Made by a program: the position numbers and the translations under genes. From IMG/VR virus record IMGVR_UViG_3300037423_000513, positions 1 to 56,770 of that record: DNA of 56,770 nt. One strand, written 5' to 3'. The stretch's first letter is position 1; each line of letters opens with the position of its first letter. The notes beneath the pieces were generated by a model. It was not told the DNA's origin, ran no database searches, and saw only the letters and a list, made by a program, of their open reading frames with translations. The stretch is from a virus. Lineage: Duplodnaviria; Caudoviricetes. This document shows, in pieces, positions 55,101 through 56,770 of the stretch.

Positions 55101-55733
55101 AAAGACCAGCGCCTCAAGACGCTCGATCTGTCGCAAGCCAAGGCACGTTCGACGCTGTCCGAAATGAACCCAGAGGATATGCGCGTCAAGCAAACGCTTG
55201 ATAGCAGTATCGAGGGCAGCTTCGCCAACTTCTTCAACAGCGTCATCAGCCGGTCGAAGTCGGCCAGCGATGCCATCAAGGATTTCGGCGAGAGCATCAA
55301 GAACACGTTCACCAAGCTGATCTCGGAGCAATTGGGGCGCAGCCTGTTCCAGTCTCTGTTCGGCTCGGGCGGCGTGAATATGGGTTCTGGTGGCGGTCTA
55401 GGCTCGCTATTCGGTTCGGGCGGCTTCTTCGGAAGCCTGTTCGGATCGTCTGGCGGCTCCGGCGTGGCGTCAAGTGCAACGTATGCAGCAAACGATTTCC
55501 TCTCGTTCGACGTTGGTACCGACCGCGTTCCTGCAGACATGCTGGCGATGATCCACAAGGATGAAATGATCGTGCCGGCGTACGACGCAGAGCGTCTACG
55601 CAACTTGCAGCCTGGTGGCGGTCGAGCAAGTGTCGCGCCCGCGCCTGTGTTGCAGATTCACCCGGACGCTTTCCACATGAAGCTCGGCGACTGGTTTGAG
55701 TCAGAAATGGCACGTCAACTGGCAACGCGATGA
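52128..55733 (+). CDS. Tape measure protein
   Basis: 1201 aa, Ala/Gly-rich helical, central hydrophobic stretch, FDVGT..VP.DM.A.IHKDE C-terminal motif. Confidence 0.9.
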   Translation: MASMNIDMRLNLVDTASAPVKAFISTLESLEAAVSGVSSRMTGLAAGMDALGASLGLIKTNSAGAAAELGTIGAQAGTAAGETARLETTMAALSLSLERIVGQLVATTAGLARMGGAAVAAGTEAGAAMNGVGVGAQGATTQVNTLASSIQGMAALWAAFKIEKGLKASIEDAAEYERTDNRLRNMNLRPDESDAIHQSVRQTGREFHQFDQNELLEMAIDLRNATGSAHEAATGLKGFAESVFAINLSMPSGKKLDEQGTLNFAKFLEGRGVTMDPAAMAAQQDLVTKIVATTQGRVNPNNLFGNLTYAKGGLGRTMDDDALVTFAAMIEQDTIGGGTGGRVGTMLTSFVNSITKANAITTKNRDEWMKLGLVDPGKVNVNENTNRVTSIQAGAIAGTDIVGKNFKRWVDEYLRPALIAAGVNMDDLNEVKSKTDVLFPNRNASEAAFQLLSKKELIEKDSANINQAAGKDQQVKNGEALSAANWERFHKAINDLAIAIGTTLLPVLNPLLEGFTKVIEVIGRLSQDHPVFGFLIGLTGGLGSLSLLIAGVTRLFGPLGAMLGVTGASFGGFGAMVSGAGAVVSTAIGFILRWLLRLIGPIGLILLAWDAGLGDWISKLNVFGHSVGDWASSLSDTVVTAFKNMWVRTKQYFGFLSDDAAAAQIEANNKASAQKQGKLGFGPKPVEKAPTTPATRGGASGDWGRGEEISPESKATEDKVKREKAIAKQREENQAAAAGLLGGGKKGGRFKNYDANLDDAKNDLRLEEDELARHMKAEDELYKAGKLSIDEYYDDKLATMRKSVNLQIAELEREKAAYQKQGDKAGVNRASTEIELRKRDLSDNEKSVEVQREKDLNALKERGLQLDAQQLQAEGKKNQAALAREIQRLKKDQEEYLRNGDYEHAVLAQQAIDTAKLTASWEAYGDAVKKVQEGTQTKEAEVDAEVRSGALTKYQAEQKVFALRQQEAQQLDELIAKERALIQASDAPQGVKDQRLKTLDLSQAKARSTLSEMNPEDMRVKQTLDSSIEGSFANFFNSVISRSKSASDAIKDFGESIKNTFTKLISEQLGRSLFQSLFGSGGVNMGSGGGLGSLFGSGGFFGSLFGSSGGSGVASSATYAANDFLSFDVGTDRVPADMLAMIHKDEMIVPAYDAERLRNLQPGGGRASVAPAPVLQIHPDAFHMKLGDWFESEMARQLATR

Positions 55734-55948
55734 CTATTTCAGCTTACCCAGCAAACGTCGCCGTCGACGCAACCTCCCTACTGATCTTCTCGGGGCCGCC
55801 GAACGTCACCGTCCAATGGACACTGACTGGAAGTGGCCTCTTGGAGCAGAAAGAGGCCTACACGGACGCAAACGGCAACGCCCACGCCATCTATACGCCC
55901 GGGACCGTTGGCGATACGGTGACGATCGAAGTAACGCATGGTATCTAG
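55730..55948 (+). CDS. Stand-alone Big_1-like Ig domain protein
   Basis: VQWTLTGSG...AYTDANGNAHAIYTPG; ATGA-coupled to TMP. Confidence 0.65.
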   Translation: MTISAYPANVAVDATSLLIFSGPPNVTVQWTLTGSGLLEQKEAYTDANGNAHAIYTPGTVGDTVTIEVTHGI

Positions 55949-55957
55949 GAACCTGAA

Positions 55958-56488
55958 ATGACGACTCTCACCAGTTCGGCAACGATCACGGTCGGCGGTG
56001 GCGCAACCGCCGTCGATTCCGTGCAGGTGACGGTGCTGCCGGCCGTCAGTGCGCCAAACGGCCGCGGTCGCCTCGTCCATCCTTCGCTTGGTACCTACGA
56101 CTATATCCGCGGCCCTGACGAATGGACCAATATCGACGGCGACGTCATCATCGCGCCAACCTGGGCGAGCTCCAAGACCCTGCTCGGTTCTGCAAATACG
56201 CTTTTCGTAGGCGATATCCGTGACGTTACGGTGGAAGAGCGTTGGGTGCAATCGGTAGCTGGCGAACTGTCGCTGGTGCGGGCCCTGCTCGCGTTCTGGA
56301 TGAACCCGCCCGATCCGTCGCTGGCCTACGTCGAGTGGTATCCGACCTATACCAGCAATCTCGGCTTCAAGGTGATCCTGCTCGGACTGACGGTAGGTGG
56401 CAAGGAGGTAACGCTTTCCTCGCTTTCACATCAAGGCTGGGTGCGCGGGCCAATCGTGCTGCGCATGAAGATCGCGGGACGGGTTTGA
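55958..56488 (+). CDS. Distal tail-like protein
   Basis: Position after TMP; AGGA RBS. Confidence 0.55.
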   Translation: MTTLTSSATITVGGGATAVDSVQVTVLPAVSAPNGRGRLVHPSLGTYDYIRGPDEWTNIDGDVIIAPTWASSKTLLGSANTLFVGDIRDVTVEERWVQSVAGELSLVRALLAFWMNPPDPSLAYVEWYPTYTSNLGFKVILLGLTVGGKEVTLSSLSHQGWVRGPIVLRMKIAGRV

Positions 56489-56489
56489 C

Positions 56490-56770
56490 ATGATGGAGCT
56501 TCTGGCTGGACCTAATACCGTCGCCCGATTTGGCGCAGGCAACCGCGATACGTCACCATGGAGCAATAGCGGCATATTTTGGGATGATGAGCTCGGTATC
56601 GGATCGATCGCGCCCATGACTATTGTTGGCGATGTATTCGGATATGGTCCGAATTATTTTATTGCCCAACTTGACGGAACCTGCGGCGCGCGCGGAAGTA
56701 CGATGGCGGCTATCTTGCTTGATGTCTCCGGGCAGGGTGAGTGGGCAGCCTACAACTTCACTAACGATCC
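56490..56770 (+). CDS. 5' part of tail tip protein continuing at position 1
   Basis: ATG 56490, open to window end, in frame with ORF 14..727. Confidence 0.7.
   Translation, partial: MMELLAGPNTVARFGAGNRDTSPWSNSGIFWDDELGIGSIAPMTIVGDVFGYGPNYFIAQLDGTCGARGSTMAAILLDVSGQGEWAAYNFTND

Overview
The window looks like a complete, circularly permuted genome of a temperate lambda-like tailed phage. It is GC-rich and probably a siphovirus. The host is probably betaproteobacterial, possibly Oxalobacteraceae (inference). The last ORF (56490..56770) continues in frame into 1..727, and the integrase abuts an uninterrupted AT-rich attP-like region, so this is probably the excised circular form. Gene order: tail tip and fibre genes (1-10.8 kb), PAP2-family moron, lysis cassette and metallophosphoesterase (11.8-14.1 kb), LexA-boxed gene, attP/int/xis (14.6-16.5 kb), leftward early operon (C5 methyltransferase, Lar-like, HNH, YqaJ/RecT, gp17-like), immunity region (Arc, cI without a peptidase domain, cro, near-identical PL/PR), replication and nin-like region (YdaU-type initiator with iterons, N6/N4 methyltransferase, DnaB, second C5 methyltransferase, resolvase, Q), late leader with structured RNAs, then terminase, portal, capsid and tail genes to the tape measure. 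Most notable: (1) two C5 methyltransferases, each encoded in two fully overlapping frames; (2) a LexA-controlled small ORF resembling the C-terminal domain of the non-cleavable repressor; (3) three tandem tRNA-like RNAs after pR'; (4) a minimal protein kinase inside the head-tail joining module; (5) a free-standing paralog of the tail protein's lyase-like domain. All family calls come from motif recognition by eye; no database searches were run.
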